Source: Chloroflexota bacterium
Lineage (GTDB): Bacteria > Chloroflexota > Limnocylindria > Limnocylindrales > CSP1-4
Direction of reading: 5' to 3'
Assembly: GCA_046328155.1 (NCBI GenBank)
Contig: JAXLXC010000001.1
Span: 69,222 to 133,221, forward strand
DNA length: 64,000 nucleotides
Shown here: one piece after another, positions 18,350 through 27,899 of the stretch
Layout of the letters: the number at the start of each line of letters is the position of its first letter
Position numbering within the stretch: position 1 is the first letter of the stretch
Notes under the pieces: generated by a model
Told to the model about the DNA's origin: nothing
Seen by the model: the letters and a program-made list of their open reading frames with translations, nothing else
The model's database searches: none
Translations under genes and position numbers: made by a program

Positions 18350-19362
18350 CGGAGCGCGTCCATGGTCCACAGCGCCGTCCGGAACGCGGTCGCGAGGCCG
18401 CACAGGCAGAGGACCGCGAGCCAGATGGCGCACAGCAGCGCGAGCGCCACCGGCGCGGTCGCGAGACGAGCCGTGTCCCCCGACAGCGCGAGTGCCTGGA
18501 GCCCTGGTCGGGTGGCCGCCCACGCCAGCGTGACGCTCGCCGCCGCCGTGACGGCCGTGACCACCGCGACGCCCCACGAGACCAGCGCCACGCCCAGCTC
18601 CCGGACTGGCCGGCGGACCAGGCGGAGCGCGCCCGCGATGGCCAGTCGGCTCTCGGTGCGCTCCCCCGGACCGTCCGGCAGGAGCCCCGCGCGAGCCACC
18701 AGCAGCCGTCGCGAGGCCAGGCTCACCAGGACCTCGAGGATCGCGACCAGGACCAGCCCGACTACCAGGAAGCCGCCCATGTCGCCGACGACGCGCAGGA
18801 TCAGAGGTGTCGAGAGGTCGCTCGGACGCTGCACCTCGCTGGAGACCGCGCCCTCGAGCCGACCCACCATGAGCATCGCCAGGAGCAGCAGCGGCAGGAT
18901 CGCCGCTGCCTGGATGGCGGCCAACCACAGCAGGACCGAGGTGCGTGCCGTGCCGAACGGGCGAGGAGGCCGCCCCAGCCGCAGGTCCAGGGTGGTGTCG
19001 TCCCGGGTGACCGCCTCGAAGGCCAGCAGGTCGCACCACGCCGAGACCATGATGGCCACCAGGACGCCGAGCGCGGTCGCGATCGCCAAGGCCACCGCGG
19101 TGGCCTGCAGCTCCGGCGTGGGGCCCGAGGTGCCGATCTCGTCACGGAACAGGATGGACAGCAGCACGGGGCTGGGCACCGTGAGGATCGGCAGCGTCAG
19201 GAGGACCAGGCCGCCCCGGACCGCGAAGGCGACGATGCCCAGCAGCCACAGGCGGGGCGAGCCGGCGACCGCCTGCGCAGCGGTGCCCGCGGCCGCGCGC
19301 GTGCCGCGATCGACGCTCGTGCGCATCCCCGGTGACAGTGGCACCGGTCCCACGCCGGTCAC
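18346..19362 (-). CDS. Hypothetical polytopic membrane protein
   Basis: Six or more hydrophobic helices. The candidate GTG at 19362 lies 1 nt after the upstream stop. Alternative starts are ATGs at 19404 and 19326. Confidence 0.6.
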   Translation of the reverse strand: MTGVGPVPLSPGMRTSVDRGTRAAAGTAAQAVAGSPRLWLLGIVAFAVRGGLVLLTLPILTVPSPVLLSILFRDEIGTSGPTPELQATAVALAIATALGVLVAIMVSAWCDLLAFEAVTRDDTTLDLRLGRPPRPFGTARTSVLLWLAAIQAAAILPLLLLAMLMVGRLEGAVSSEVQRPSDLSTPLILRVVGDMGGFLVVGLVLVAILEVLVSLASRRLLVARAGLLPDGPGERTESRLAIAGALRLVRRPVRELGVALVSWGVAVVTAVTAAASVTLAWAATRPGLQALALSGDTARLATAPVALALLCAIWLAVLCLCGLATAFRTALWTMDALR

Positions 19363-19363
19363 C

Positions 19364-19852
19364 TCAGCCGACCCTCCCGGGAGCACCCACGGCCTCGGTG
19401 GCACGCGCGAACGCCCGCAGCAGCTCGCGTGCCAGCTCGTTGGGGCGCATCGTGGCGGCCCGGATGGGATCCCAGCGGATGGCCGTCATCAGGAGGAGCG
19501 GGCGCTCCCACGGCCGCGACTCGTCCGCGGGTGGGGGCATCCGGAGGCGGATGAGCTGGCGCCCGTCCTCCTGGTCGATGAGCCCGGCCAGGGCGCCGGC
19601 GAGGATGGGTCCCATCGCGAGCAGCGGCGGGCCAGCCGGCGGGCCGGCGACGGGCGCGGCGTCGCGCGCGCTCACCACCCCGGCCGCGTCCTGCGCCCAC
19701 AGATGCGTCAGCCACCAGCCGTCGTCCATCACGCTGGGGGCGGTCAGGCCCACCACCACCTCGCCCGCATCGTCCGCACGCGAGGCCAGCGTCACGCGCT
19801 CCTCCCGGATGAACGACGGCCCGGGCGACGGCAGGCGCTGGGCGTCGGCCAT
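19364..19852 (-). CDS. Hypothetical cytoplasmic protein (162 aa)
   Basis: The ATG at 19852 overlaps the guaA stop (ATGA). Third-position GC is coding-like. I do not recognise a family. Confidence 0.55.
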   Translation of the reverse strand: MADAQRLPSPGPSFIREERVTLASRADDAGEVVVGLTAPSVMDDGWWLTHLWAQDAAGVVSARDAAPVAGPPAGPPLLAMGPILAGALAGLIDQEDGRQLIRLRMPPPADESRPWERPLLLMTAIRWDPIRAATMRPNELARELLRAFARATEAVGAPGRVG

Positions 19853-21648
19853 CACTCCCACTCGATGGTGGCGGGGGGCTTGCTGCTGATGTCGTAGACC
19901 ACGCGGTTGACGCCCGGCACCTCGTTGACGATGCGCGAGCTGATCTTGCCCAGCACGTCGTAGGGCAGCTTGGCCCAGTCCGCGGTCATGCCGTCCTCCG
20001 ACGTGACGGCGCGGATGGCGACGACGTTGGCGTAGGTCCGCCCGTCGCCCATGACGCCCACGCTGCGGACCGGCGTCAGGATCGCGAACGACTGCCAGAC
20101 GCTCCGGTACAGCCCCGCGGCCTTGATCTCGTCGATGACGATCCAGTCGGCCTCGCGGAGCGTGTCGAGGCGCTCCGCGGTGACCTCGCCGATGATGCGG
20201 ATGGCGAGCCCCGGCCCCGGGAACGGCTGGCGCTGCACCATCGTCTCGGGCAGGCCCAGCTCGAGGCCCACCGCGCGCACCTCGTCCTTGAACAGATAGC
20301 GCAGCGGCTCGATGAGCTGGAACCGCAGGTCCGCGGGCAGCCCGCCCACGTTGTGGTGGGTCTTGATCTTCTGGGCGGTCTTGGTCTCCGGGGTGGTCGA
20401 CTCGATGACGTCCGGGTACAGCGTCCCCTGGGTCAGGAAGTCGATGCGCCCGAGCGTGCCGGCCTCCTCCTCGAACACCCGGATGAACTCGTCGCCGATG
20501 ATCCGCCGCTTCTGCTCGGGATCCTCCACGCCGGCGAGCCGCGTCAGGAACCGCTCGCGCGCGTCGACCATGACGAGGCGCATGCCGAGGTTCTGCTCGA
20601 ACGTCGCCCGCAGGAGTTCCGATTCCCTCTTGCGCATGAGGCCGTGGTCGACATAGATGCACGTGAGCCGGTCCCCCACAGCCCGATGCACCAGCGCCGC
20701 TGCGACCGCGGAGTCCACCCCGCCCGAGAGCGCGCAGATGACCTTGCCCTCGGAGCCGGTCGCCGCCGCATGGGCATCCACCCGCTCGCGGATGCTGGCG
20801 ACCGTCGACTCGATGAAGTTGGCGGGGGTCCATGCCGCCTCGGCGCCTGCGATGCCCAGCACGAAGTTGCGGATGACGTCCCGACCACGGGGGGTGTGGA
20901 CGACCTCCGGATGGAACTGGATGCCGAGCAGGTGGCGCTCGTGGTCCACCAGCCCGGCGTAGGGGGTGGAGTCGGTCTGGGCGATCGACCGGAAGCCCTC
21001 GGGCAGGCGGGTGATGGAGTCGCCATGGCTCATCCACACCGGCTGCTCGCGCTCGATGCCCGCGAACAGCGGGTCGTCCGCGGTGATGGATACCGACGCC
21101 GGGCCGTACTCGCGCTTCGACGTCGGCAGCACGTCGCCGCCCAGCTCGCTGGCCATCAGCTGCGCGCCGTAGCAGATGCCCAGCACCGGCAGCCGGCCGG
21201 TCCAGATCGAGGGGTCGGGATGCGGGGCGCCCGCGTCGTACACCGAGTTGGGGCCGCCGGACAGGATCACGCCCTTGGCGCCGCGTCGGATGAGCTCGTC
21301 CAGCGGCGTGTCATGGGGCAGCAGCTCGGAGTAGACGTTGAGCTCGCGCACGCGACGTGCGATGAGCTGCGCGAACTGGGAGCCGAAGTCGAGCACCACC
21401 ACGCTGTCCGGTGGCTCGGGCGGGACGTGGACCGTGGGCCGGTCGTCCGGGGCGCGGTCGGGCGCTGGTGCGTCGAGCGCCACCTCGAGGTACGCCTCGA
21501 CCTCCGCGTCATCGGGTGCCAGGACGCGATGGCCGGCGTTGGCGGTGACGCCGTGGACCGTCTGGCCGCGCTGCTTGGCGGTCGGCGGGGTCTCCGCCTG
21601 GGGCGCGTCCCCGAGTGCCTGGTCCGTCGTCTCGTCCGTATCGCCCAT
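19852..21648 (-). CDS. guaA: GMP synthase (glutamine-hydrolysing)
   Basis: GATase ([33 protein letters not shown]), the ATP-PPase P-loop (SGGVDSAV), and the C-terminal dimerisation domain ending ..KPPATIEWE. The ATG at 21648 is preceded by GAGGGG. There is an N-terminal extension of about 80 aa. Confidence 0.95.
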   Translation of the reverse strand: MGDTDETTDQALGDAPQAETPPTAKQRGQTVHGVTANAGHRVLAPDDAEVEAYLEVALDAPAPDRAPDDRPTVHVPPEPPDSVVVLDFGSQFAQLIARRVRELNVYSELLPHDTPLDELIRRGAKGVILSGGPNSVYDAGAPHPDPSIWTGRLPVLGICYGAQLMASELGGDVLPTSKREYGPASVSITADDPLFAGIEREQPVWMSHGDSITRLPEGFRSIAQTDSTPYAGLVDHERHLLGIQFHPEVVHTPRGRDVIRNFVLGIAGAEAAWTPANFIESTVASIRERVDAHAAATGSEGKVICALSGGVDSAVAAALVHRAVGDRLTCIYVDHGLMRKRESELLRATFEQNLGMRLVMVDARERFLTRLAGVEDPEQKRRIIGDEFIRVFEEEAGTLGRIDFLTQGTLYPDVIESTTPETKTAQKIKTHHNVGGLPADLRFQLIEPLRYLFKDEVRAVGLELGLPETMVQRQPFPGPGLAIRIIGEVTAERLDTLREADWIVIDEIKAAGLYRSVWQSFAILTPVRSVGVMGDGRTYANVVAIRAVTSEDGMTADWAKLPYDVLGKISSRIVNEVPGVNRVVYDISSKPPATIEWE

Positions 21649-21721
21649 GCGCACCCCCTCGCTGCTCACCCCGTGCCACCGAGTCTACCGAGCGGGGGCC
21701 GAGGTCGCGTACGCTCCATCG

Positions 21722-22834
21722 ATGCGCTACCAACGGATGCCCATCGAGGTGGAGGCCCCCGAGGCCCTGGGCTATGACCGGATCCGCCACAACCTCGCGG
21801 AGAGCTCGGTCTCGGACGTCCGATTGCGCGACCTCGCCGTGGCCCTCGATGACCTGGTGCTCCAGTACGGGGACCATCTGGGCCACGCCGGTCTGCGCGA
21901 GCTGGTGGCGGCGGACGGGCCGGGACTGCGTGCCGACGACGTGCTCCTGACGCCCGGCGCGGCGGGCGCGCTGTTCATCGTGGCCACCTGCGTCCTGTCG
22001 GCGGGCGATCATCTCGTGGTCGTGCGTCCCAACTACGCGACCAACCTCGAGACGCCGCGAGCCATCGGCGCCGAGGTGTCCATCCTCGACCTGTCGTACG
22101 AGGATGGCTGGCGGGTCGACCCCGACGCGGTGGCGGCGCTCCTGCGCCCCGAGACGCGCCTGGTGTCCATCACCACGCCCCACAACCCCACGGGGCAGGT
22201 CATGGCCGAGGCGGACCTCGCGCGGATCGTGGCGATCGTGGAGGCGCACCCGCGGGCGATGCTGCTGGTGGACGAGACGTATCGCGAGCTCACCTTCGGG
22301 GAGGCGCCGCCCCTCGCGGCCAGCCGGTCGCCGCGGGTCATCAGCGTGTCCAGCCTGTCCAAGGCATACGGGCTGCCGGGCATCCGGCTGGGCTGGCTGG
22401 TGACGCGGGATCAGGGGCTGTTCCAGCACGCGCTCGCCGCCAAGGAGCAGATGGTCATCACGGGTTCGACCGTTGACGAGGCCATCGGCTACGAGGCGGT
22501 GCGACGTCGCGACGAGCTCCTGGCGCCCATCCGCGAGCGGTCGCGTCAGGCGCTCGACATCACGCGTGCCTGGATGGCTGGCCAGGACGCGTTCGAGTGG
22601 ATCAAGCCACAGGGCGGGGTCGTGGGCTTCCCGCGCGTCCGCCCGGGGATCGAGATCGACACCGACCGCTTCTACGCGGACCTGTTCGAGCGACACGGGA
22701 CCATCGTCGGTCCGGGTCACTGGTTCGAGCAGTCCGACCGCTCGTTCCGCCTGGGCTTTGGCTGGCCCACGCTCGACGAGCTCCGCGGCGGATTGGCCGC
22801 GCTCAGCGAGACGGCGGCTCGCCTCGCGCGCTGA
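21722..22834 (+). CDS. PLP-dependent aminotransferase, class I/II fold
   Basis: TPHNPTG, VDETYRE and SLSKAYGLPGIRLGW, which contains the PLP-binding lysine context. 370 aa. Confidence 0.85.
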   Translation: MRYQRMPIEVEAPEALGYDRIRHNLAESSVSDVRLRDLAVALDDLVLQYGDHLGHAGLRELVAADGPGLRADDVLLTPGAAGALFIVATCVLSAGDHLVVVRPNYATNLETPRAIGAEVSILDLSYEDGWRVDPDAVAALLRPETRLVSITTPHNPTGQVMAEADLARIVAIVEAHPRAMLLVDETYRELTFGEAPPLAASRSPRVISVSSLSKAYGLPGIRLGWLVTRDQGLFQHALAAKEQMVITGSTVDEAIGYEAVRRRDELLAPIRERSRQALDITRAWMAGQDAFEWIKPQGGVVGFPRVRPGIEIDTDRFYADLFERHGTIVGPGHWFEQSDRSFRLGFGWPTLDELRGGLAALSETAARLAR

Positions 22835-22837
22835 AGC

Positions 22838-24001
22838 TCACGAGGGCGTTGCCGAGGGCGCGGCCGTCACGGGCTCGCCCAGCTCGGGCATGGACGGCAG
22901 CTCGACCACGGTCCCATCGGCGATCGAGACGAGGATCGGGTCGGGCCGGCCGTCGTCCGGGGGCCAGGGAAATGGCTGCGAGGCCGGCGCGATGACGAGC
23001 CAGCCTGGCGTCTCCGCTCCAGCGAGCTGGTAGGTCGTCCGGACCCAGGACTCGTTCCAGGGGTCGTCGGACTCCCACAGGAGCCGCTTGTCGGAGCCAT
23101 CGAGCGCCATCCGGAAGATGGCGTAGTTCCCCTCGTGCGCGCCGTCCACGATCAGGACCGGCGTGCCGGAGTCATCGACCACGGTGGCCTTCTCGTTCCG
23201 GCCCTCGACCGCGACGCGGTCGTCGTCGTCCCATCCCGGGATGAGGTCGGTCGCGGCACCAGTGGCGATGTCGAACGAGACCAGATGGGCCCGGCCCGTC
23301 GCGGGGTCGACCGCGTAGGCAATCAGGTCGTCACCCTCGAGACCAGCGACCTTCTGTCCCTTGAAGTCGAGCGGTCCCTGGAGGGTCCCATCCGTAGGGT
23401 CGAGAATCCGGTACTCATAGAGGACCTCGTCCATCCCGGGCTGGGGATCCGCCAGGCCTGCGAACACGATCCGTTGGCCATCGGTCGCCCAGTCCATCGA
23501 GTACACATGGCCCGGCCAGCCTTTGGCGATCCGCTCGGTCTCACCGCCATCGACGCCGCGGCGGTACGCCCCGCCCACCCGCGCTGGGTCCTCGGTCATC
23601 TCGAGCCAGTAGGCCGTCCGACCGTCTGGTGACAGGAGCGGCAGGAGCGTTCGGTCGGTCTCGTGGATCGTGCTGGTTGCCCCGGTTTCGGTGTCGACGA
23701 TGGCGAGCTGGCTCGTCCCGCCCTCGCCCACCCACGACGCCAGCACCGTGCCGTCCACTGGCCCGGAGCCGTGCACCGCGTCACCGGTCGTGACGTCGAA
23801 GGCCCGCGAGGACAGTCGCCCGACAAGCAGGTGTTGCACACCGTCGTCATCGTCCGCTTCCTCGAACCACGGCGCATCGACAGGGGCAGCCATGGGTGTG
23901 ATGGCGCTGGGCTCTGGACTGCCCTGCGCCACGGCAGGCGCTCCTGAGCCCGCGAGGATGATGGCCAGCGCTCCCGCAGCCACCCACGACCGTCGTGACA
24001 T
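22838..24001 (-). CDS. Secreted beta-propeller protein (TolB/WD40-like)
   Basis: Signal peptide MSRRSWVAAGALAIILAGSGAPAVAQG, with repeated ..SPDG.. and ..DG.. blade-like segments. I take the ATG at 24001 as the start. Confidence 0.7.
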   Translation of the reverse strand: MSRRSWVAAGALAIILAGSGAPAVAQGSPEPSAITPMAAPVDAPWFEEADDDDGVQHLLVGRLSSRAFDVTTGDAVHGSGPVDGTVLASWVGEGGTSQLAIVDTETGATSTIHETDRTLLPLLSPDGRTAYWLEMTEDPARVGGAYRRGVDGGETERIAKGWPGHVYSMDWATDGQRIVFAGLADPQPGMDEVLYEYRILDPTDGTLQGPLDFKGQKVAGLEGDDLIAYAVDPATGRAHLVSFDIATGAATDLIPGWDDDDRVAVEGRNEKATVVDDSGTPVLIVDGAHEGNYAIFRMALDGSDKRLLWESDDPWNESWVRTTYQLAGAETPGWLVIAPASQPFPWPPDDGRPDPILVSIADGTVVELPSMPELGEPVTAAPSATPS

Positions 24002-24132
24002 CACGTCCACCTGCGTGCTGCGGGTCCTCTCGTGCCCGCTCCGCTTTGACGCGGATACGGGGGAAGTGTGACGCGCCCCGCACATGCATGGTCATCTTGA
24101 CGCGCCCGTTCGCGAGCATCACGATGCCTCAT

Positions 24133-24393
24133 ATGCGCACCACCTTGACACTCGACCCGGATGTCAGCCGGCTGATCGAGGACGCCGTGCACCGTGAGCG
24201 ACGTCCCATGAAGCGGGTCGTCAATGACGCCTTGCGACGTGCGCTCGCCCCGGCCCCGGGTCCGCGCGAGCCGTACCGTGTCGTCCCACACCAGTCGGCG
24301 ATCCTGCCGGGGGTCGACATGGACAGGCTCAACCAGCTGGCGGACGAACTCGAGGACGAGGCGATCCTCGCCCGCGTGCGCGCCGACGGGTGA
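24133..24393 (+). CDS. vapB: VapB-type antitoxin
   Basis: MRTTLTLDPDVSRLIEDAVHRERRPMKRVVNDALRRAL. The stop overlaps the start of the PIN gene (GTGA at 24390-24393). An alternative ATG lies at 24124. Confidence 0.7.
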   Translation: MRTTLTLDPDVSRLIEDAVHRERRPMKRVVNDALRRALAPAPGPREPYRVVPHQSAILPGVDMDRLNQLADELEDEAILARVRADG

Positions 24394-24851
24394 TCATCCC
24401 GGACGTCAACCTGCTGCTGTACGCGACGATCACGGGGTTCCCGCAGCACGAGCGATCGCGCGTCTGGTGGGAGAACGTCCTGAACGGGTCCGAGACCGTA
24501 GGCCTCACCTCATCGGCGGTGTTCGGGTACCTGCGGATCGCGACGAACGGTCGGGTCCTGACCTCACCAGCGTCCGTGGCCGACGCGCTGGGGCAGGTAC
24601 GTGGGTGGCTGGCCCAGTCGAACGTCACCTTCCTGAGGCCGGGTCCCAGGCACCTGGACATCTGCTTCGGCCTGCTCAAGACACTCGGGACGGCCGGCGA
24701 CCTCACCACCGATGTCCAGCTCGCCGCGCACGCCATCGAGGAGGACGCCGAGCTGCACTCGCACGACATGGACTTCGGGCGGTTCCCAGACCTCCGCTGG
24801 GTCGATCCGCTGCGTGACCGACGTCCGAGGCGGAGGGCCAGCGAGCGCTAA
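24390..24851 (+). CDS. vapC: PIN-domain toxin (VapC family)
   Basis: IIPDVNLLLYA supplies the first Asp. Later ..TTDVQLAAHAIEEDAELHSHDMDFGRF supplies the C-terminal acidic residues. Confidence 0.8.
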   Translation: MIIPDVNLLLYATITGFPQHERSRVWWENVLNGSETVGLTSSAVFGYLRIATNGRVLTSPASVADALGQVRGWLAQSNVTFLRPGPRHLDICFGLLKTLGTAGDLTTDVQLAAHAIEEDAELHSHDMDFGRFPDLRWVDPLRDRRPRRRASER

Positions 24852-25996
24852 CCGATCCCGACCGAACGCTCCATCGTCTGCCGCGCTACGACCAGCTCGC
24901 GGAGGCGGTCATGGGGCAGGGCGTGCGCCGTGATGCCGTCGCGGCCGGTCATCGTGCGGGCCGCGACCAAGGCGTTGGCGATGGCCTCCTCGGTGGCCTC
25001 GATGACCGCCCAGAACAGCGGGCTGATCCAGGCGTCGACCAGGGTGGTGATGGCGCGGGTGAGCGGCTGACCCTCGGTGTCGTCGGCGGCCGACAGCCCC
25101 CGGTTGCCGGTCGCGAACGCGAGGAACAGGTCGCCGCTCGAGTGGGCGCCTGACCCACCGGATCGCGCGATGCCGAGGCCCACCCGCTGGGCGAGCCGCT
25201 CGCAGTGCTGGGGCAGCAGCGGCGCATCCGTGGCGACGACCACGATGATCGAGCCAGAGCCGGGCGGCGACCCAGCCGGGACTGGGTCGTCCCACGGGGT
25301 CGGCACGATGGTCGTGGGGATGGCCCGGCCGACTGGGATTCCGCCGAGCGTGAGTCGCTCGCGTCGGCCGTAGTTCGCCTGGACCAGCACGCCCACGGTC
25401 CAGCCGCCGTCGGCTGCGGCGACCACGCGCGACGAGGTGCCGATGCCGCCCTTGAACTCGTGGCAGACCATGCCCGTGCCGCCACCCACGTTGCCTTCCG
25501 CGACCGCGCCGCCCCGCGCGTCGTCCAGCGCCGCGAACAGGTGCTCTGGACGCACGTGCTGGCCGTCCGTGTCGTTGAGGCGGCCGTCCCACGTCTCACC
25601 CACCACGGGCAGCGACCAGTGCGGCTGGGTCGTGGCACCCCGGACGGCTGCTGTGATGAGCGCATCGCGCACGACGCCCACGCTGTGGGTGTTGGTGATG
25701 GCCACCGGCGTCGTGAGCATGCCGCTCTCGCGGACCCATTCCAGACCGGTCAGCTCGCCGTTGCCGTTGAGCCGATGACAGCCGGCGTAGAACGACTCCG
25801 CGAAGGCCTCCCCGGGCGGCACCACCACGGTCACCCCGGTGCGCACCGGTCCCTGACCCACGACCAGCGGACCGTCGCCCTCCAGGATGGTCGCGTGCCC
25901 CACGCGCACGCCGGGCACATCCGTGATGGCGTTGAGCGGACCGGGTTCCAGCAGGCCGATGCGGAGTCCCAGGTCGCGGGCACGCGCAGGTTGCAT
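24848..25996 (-). CDS. P1/S58-family aminopeptidase (DmpA/BapA-like, Ntn hydrolase)
   Basis: NAITDVPGVRVGH, TGVTVV and NVGGGTGMVCHEFKGGIGTSS, the self-processing GxS/T site context. This is a characteristic DmpA layout. Confidence 0.85.
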   Translation of the reverse strand: MQPARARDLGLRIGLLEPGPLNAITDVPGVRVGHATILEGDGPLVVGQGPVRTGVTVVVPPGEAFAESFYAGCHRLNGNGELTGLEWVRESGMLTTPVAITNTHSVGVVRDALITAAVRGATTQPHWSLPVVGETWDGRLNDTDGQHVRPEHLFAALDDARGGAVAEGNVGGGTGMVCHEFKGGIGTSSRVVAAADGGWTVGVLVQANYGRRERLTLGGIPVGRAIPTTIVPTPWDDPVPAGSPPGSGSIIVVVATDAPLLPQHCERLAQRVGLGIARSGGSGAHSSGDLFLAFATGNRGLSAADDTEGQPLTRAITTLVDAWISPLFWAVIEATEEAIANALVAARTMTGRDGITAHALPHDRLRELVVARQTMERSVGIG

Positions 25997-26034
25997 CCAC
26001 CCATCCTAGGCGGGCCTCGGGCTACCATGAGGCC

Positions 26035-26862
26035 ATGAGCCGCATGTCACGCGTCGGGTCCTTGGCGGTGGCCGCCTGCCTGTCCCTCGCATCCGTGGGC
26101 GCGGCCTTCGCCGCCGACCCCTCCCCCGCCACGTCGGCCCCGACCCCGAGCCGCCCCGCGGCCAGCCAGGCGCCGCTCCCGGATCTGACCATGGCACCGC
26201 TCGTCACGCTGCCGCCCATCTCGCCCTCGCTCATCGCGGACGCCGGCGTGCCCACCGACGGCTACGCCATGGGCGACCCCGGCGCGCCCGTGACCATCGA
26301 CGTGTACGCGGACTTCCAATGCCCGTACTGCCAGCGGTTCAGCCTGCTGGTCGCGCCCGAGCTCATCGACTCGTGGGTCCGCCCAGGGCAGGCCCGACTG
26401 GTGTTCCACGACTTCGCGTTCCTGGGCGAGGAGTCGCGGTGGGCCGCCGTGGCCGCACGGCTGGCCGCCCAGCAGAACCGGTTCTGGCCGTTCCACGACC
26501 TGCTCTACTCCAACCTCCTGGGCGAGAACGTGGGCAGCTACACGCCCGACCGGCTGCTGGTGATGGGCCAGATGGCTGGCCTTGACATGGACGCCTTCCT
26601 GGCTGGGCTCCAGGTGCCCGCGGCACGCGCCACATGGGCGCTCATCGACCAGGAGGTGCGGGCCGCGGCGAGCACGCTCGGCGTGAGTGCCACGCCCACC
26701 GTGTTCGTGAACGGCGTCCAGATGACCAGCCCTGATGCCGCGACCATCGGGGCGGCCGTGCAGGCGGCGCTCGCGCTGGGGTCGCCGGTCGCGTCGACGG
26801 GCCCGTCCGCCTCGGCAGGGCCACGCCTCTCGCCAGCCCCGGCTGGCTCCTCCCAGCCCTAG
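26035..26862 (+). CDS. Secreted DsbA-family thiol:disulfide oxidoreductase
   Basis: Signal peptide, Pro/Ser-rich linker, and a thioredoxin CPYC active site (DFQCPYCQRF). Confidence 0.8.
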   Translation: MSRMSRVGSLAVAACLSLASVGAAFAADPSPATSAPTPSRPAASQAPLPDLTMAPLVTLPPISPSLIADAGVPTDGYAMGDPGAPVTIDVYADFQCPYCQRFSLLVAPELIDSWVRPGQARLVFHDFAFLGEESRWAAVAARLAAQQNRFWPFHDLLYSNLLGENVGSYTPDRLLVMGQMAGLDMDAFLAGLQVPAARATWALIDQEVRAAASTLGVSATPTVFVNGVQMTSPDAATIGAAVQAALALGSPVASTGPSASAGPRLSPAPAGSSQP

Positions 26863-26872
26863 GGCACGCCGG

Positions 26873-27547
26873 ATGCGCATCGTGGTCGTGGAGGACGACG
26901 AGCGCATCGCATCGTTCGTGTCGCGTGGCCTGGCGGCCCAAGGCCACCAGGTGATGACCGCGGGCAACGGGCAGGACGGCATCCAGCTCGCCACCGAGCC
27001 GGATGTGGACCTTGTCATCCTCGATCTGTCGCTGCCCGACATCGACGGCACGGACGTGCTGGCGCGGCTCCGTGGCAGCAACGGGCTGCCGCCGGTGCTA
27101 GTGCTGACTGCGCGCGACGCCATCAGCGACAAGGTCCGGGTGCTGGACCGGGGCGCCGACGACTACATGACCAAGCCATTCGCGCTCGACGAGCTGCTGG
27201 CACGGGTGCGGGTGCTCGCCCGGCGCGCGGACCAGCCGGCAGCCTCGTTGCTGGAGCGGGGTGGCCTGGTGCTCGACCTGGGCGCGCGACGGGCCAGCCG
27301 GGACGGCCGGAGCATCGACCTGTCGGCGCGCGAGTTCTCGCTGCTCGCCTATCTGATGCGCAACGCGGGGCAGGTGCTGTCACGGGTCCAGATCCTGGCG
27401 GCGGTCTGGGAGTACGACTTCGACCCACAGTCGAACGTCGTGGACGTCTACGTGCGATATCTCCGCAACAAGGTGGACGTGCCCGGCGACACGTCGCTCA
27501 TCGAGACGGTGCGGGGCTCGGGGTATCGGTTCCGGGACGCATCCTGA
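26873..27547 (+). CDS. OmpR/PhoB-family response regulator
   Basis: Receiver domain (MRIVVVEDD, DLVILDLSLPDIDG, LVLTAR, KPF) plus a winged-helix domain (LSAREFSLLAYLM...VDVYVRYLRNKVD...TVRGSGYRF). Confidence 0.9.
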   Translation: MRIVVVEDDERIASFVSRGLAAQGHQVMTAGNGQDGIQLATEPDVDLVILDLSLPDIDGTDVLARLRGSNGLPPVLVLTARDAISDKVRVLDRGADDYMTKPFALDELLARVRVLARRADQPAASLLERGGLVLDLGARRASRDGRSIDLSAREFSLLAYLMRNAGQVLSRVQILAAVWEYDFDPQSNVVDVYVRYLRNKVDVPGDTSLIETVRGSGYRFRDAS

Positions 27548-27899
27548 TCCGTTCGAGGGCGGCCAGCAGCTCGGCGTAGGCGAACGGCTTGGTCAGGAAC
27601 GCATCCGCCCCGGCCTCCGAGGCGGCCTGCCGCAACCGCTCGTCGTCGCGGGCCGTGAGCAGCAGCACGGGGGTCCGATCCCCCGCCGCCCGCCGGGTCG
27701 CGCACACCGCCAGACCGTCCAGGCCCGGCAGCATCATGTCCAGCACCACCGCCGACCAGCCGCCATCGGCCCAGCACGCCAGTCCGGTCGGGCCATCCTC
27801 GGCGATCGCCACCTCGTAGCCGGCGATGGCGAGCCCCCGCTCGAGCACGCTCGCGATGGGTCGGTCGTCTTCCACCACCAGCACGCGGGCGGCGGTCAT
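27498..27899 (-). CDS. Single-domain (CheY-like) response regulator
   Basis: RVLVVEDD, VVLDMMLPGLDG, LLLTAR and TKPF. There is no output domain. The ATG overlaps the kinase stop (ATGA). The 3' end overlaps the convergent OmpR-type gene by 50 nt. Confidence 0.8.
   Translation of the reverse strand: MTAARVLVVEDDRPIASVLERGLAIAGYEVAIAEDGPTGLACWADGGWSAVVLDMMLPGLDGLAVCATRRAAGDRTPVLLLTARDDERLRQAASEAGADAFLTKPFAYAELLAALERIRMRPGTDTPSPAPSR

Noticed and set aside
22460-22480. tRNA T-arm-like strings (ggttcga) here and at a few other places.
   Set aside because: All are inside well-supported CDSs, and none has a flanking acceptor or anticodon stem arrangement. I could not support any tRNA gene.
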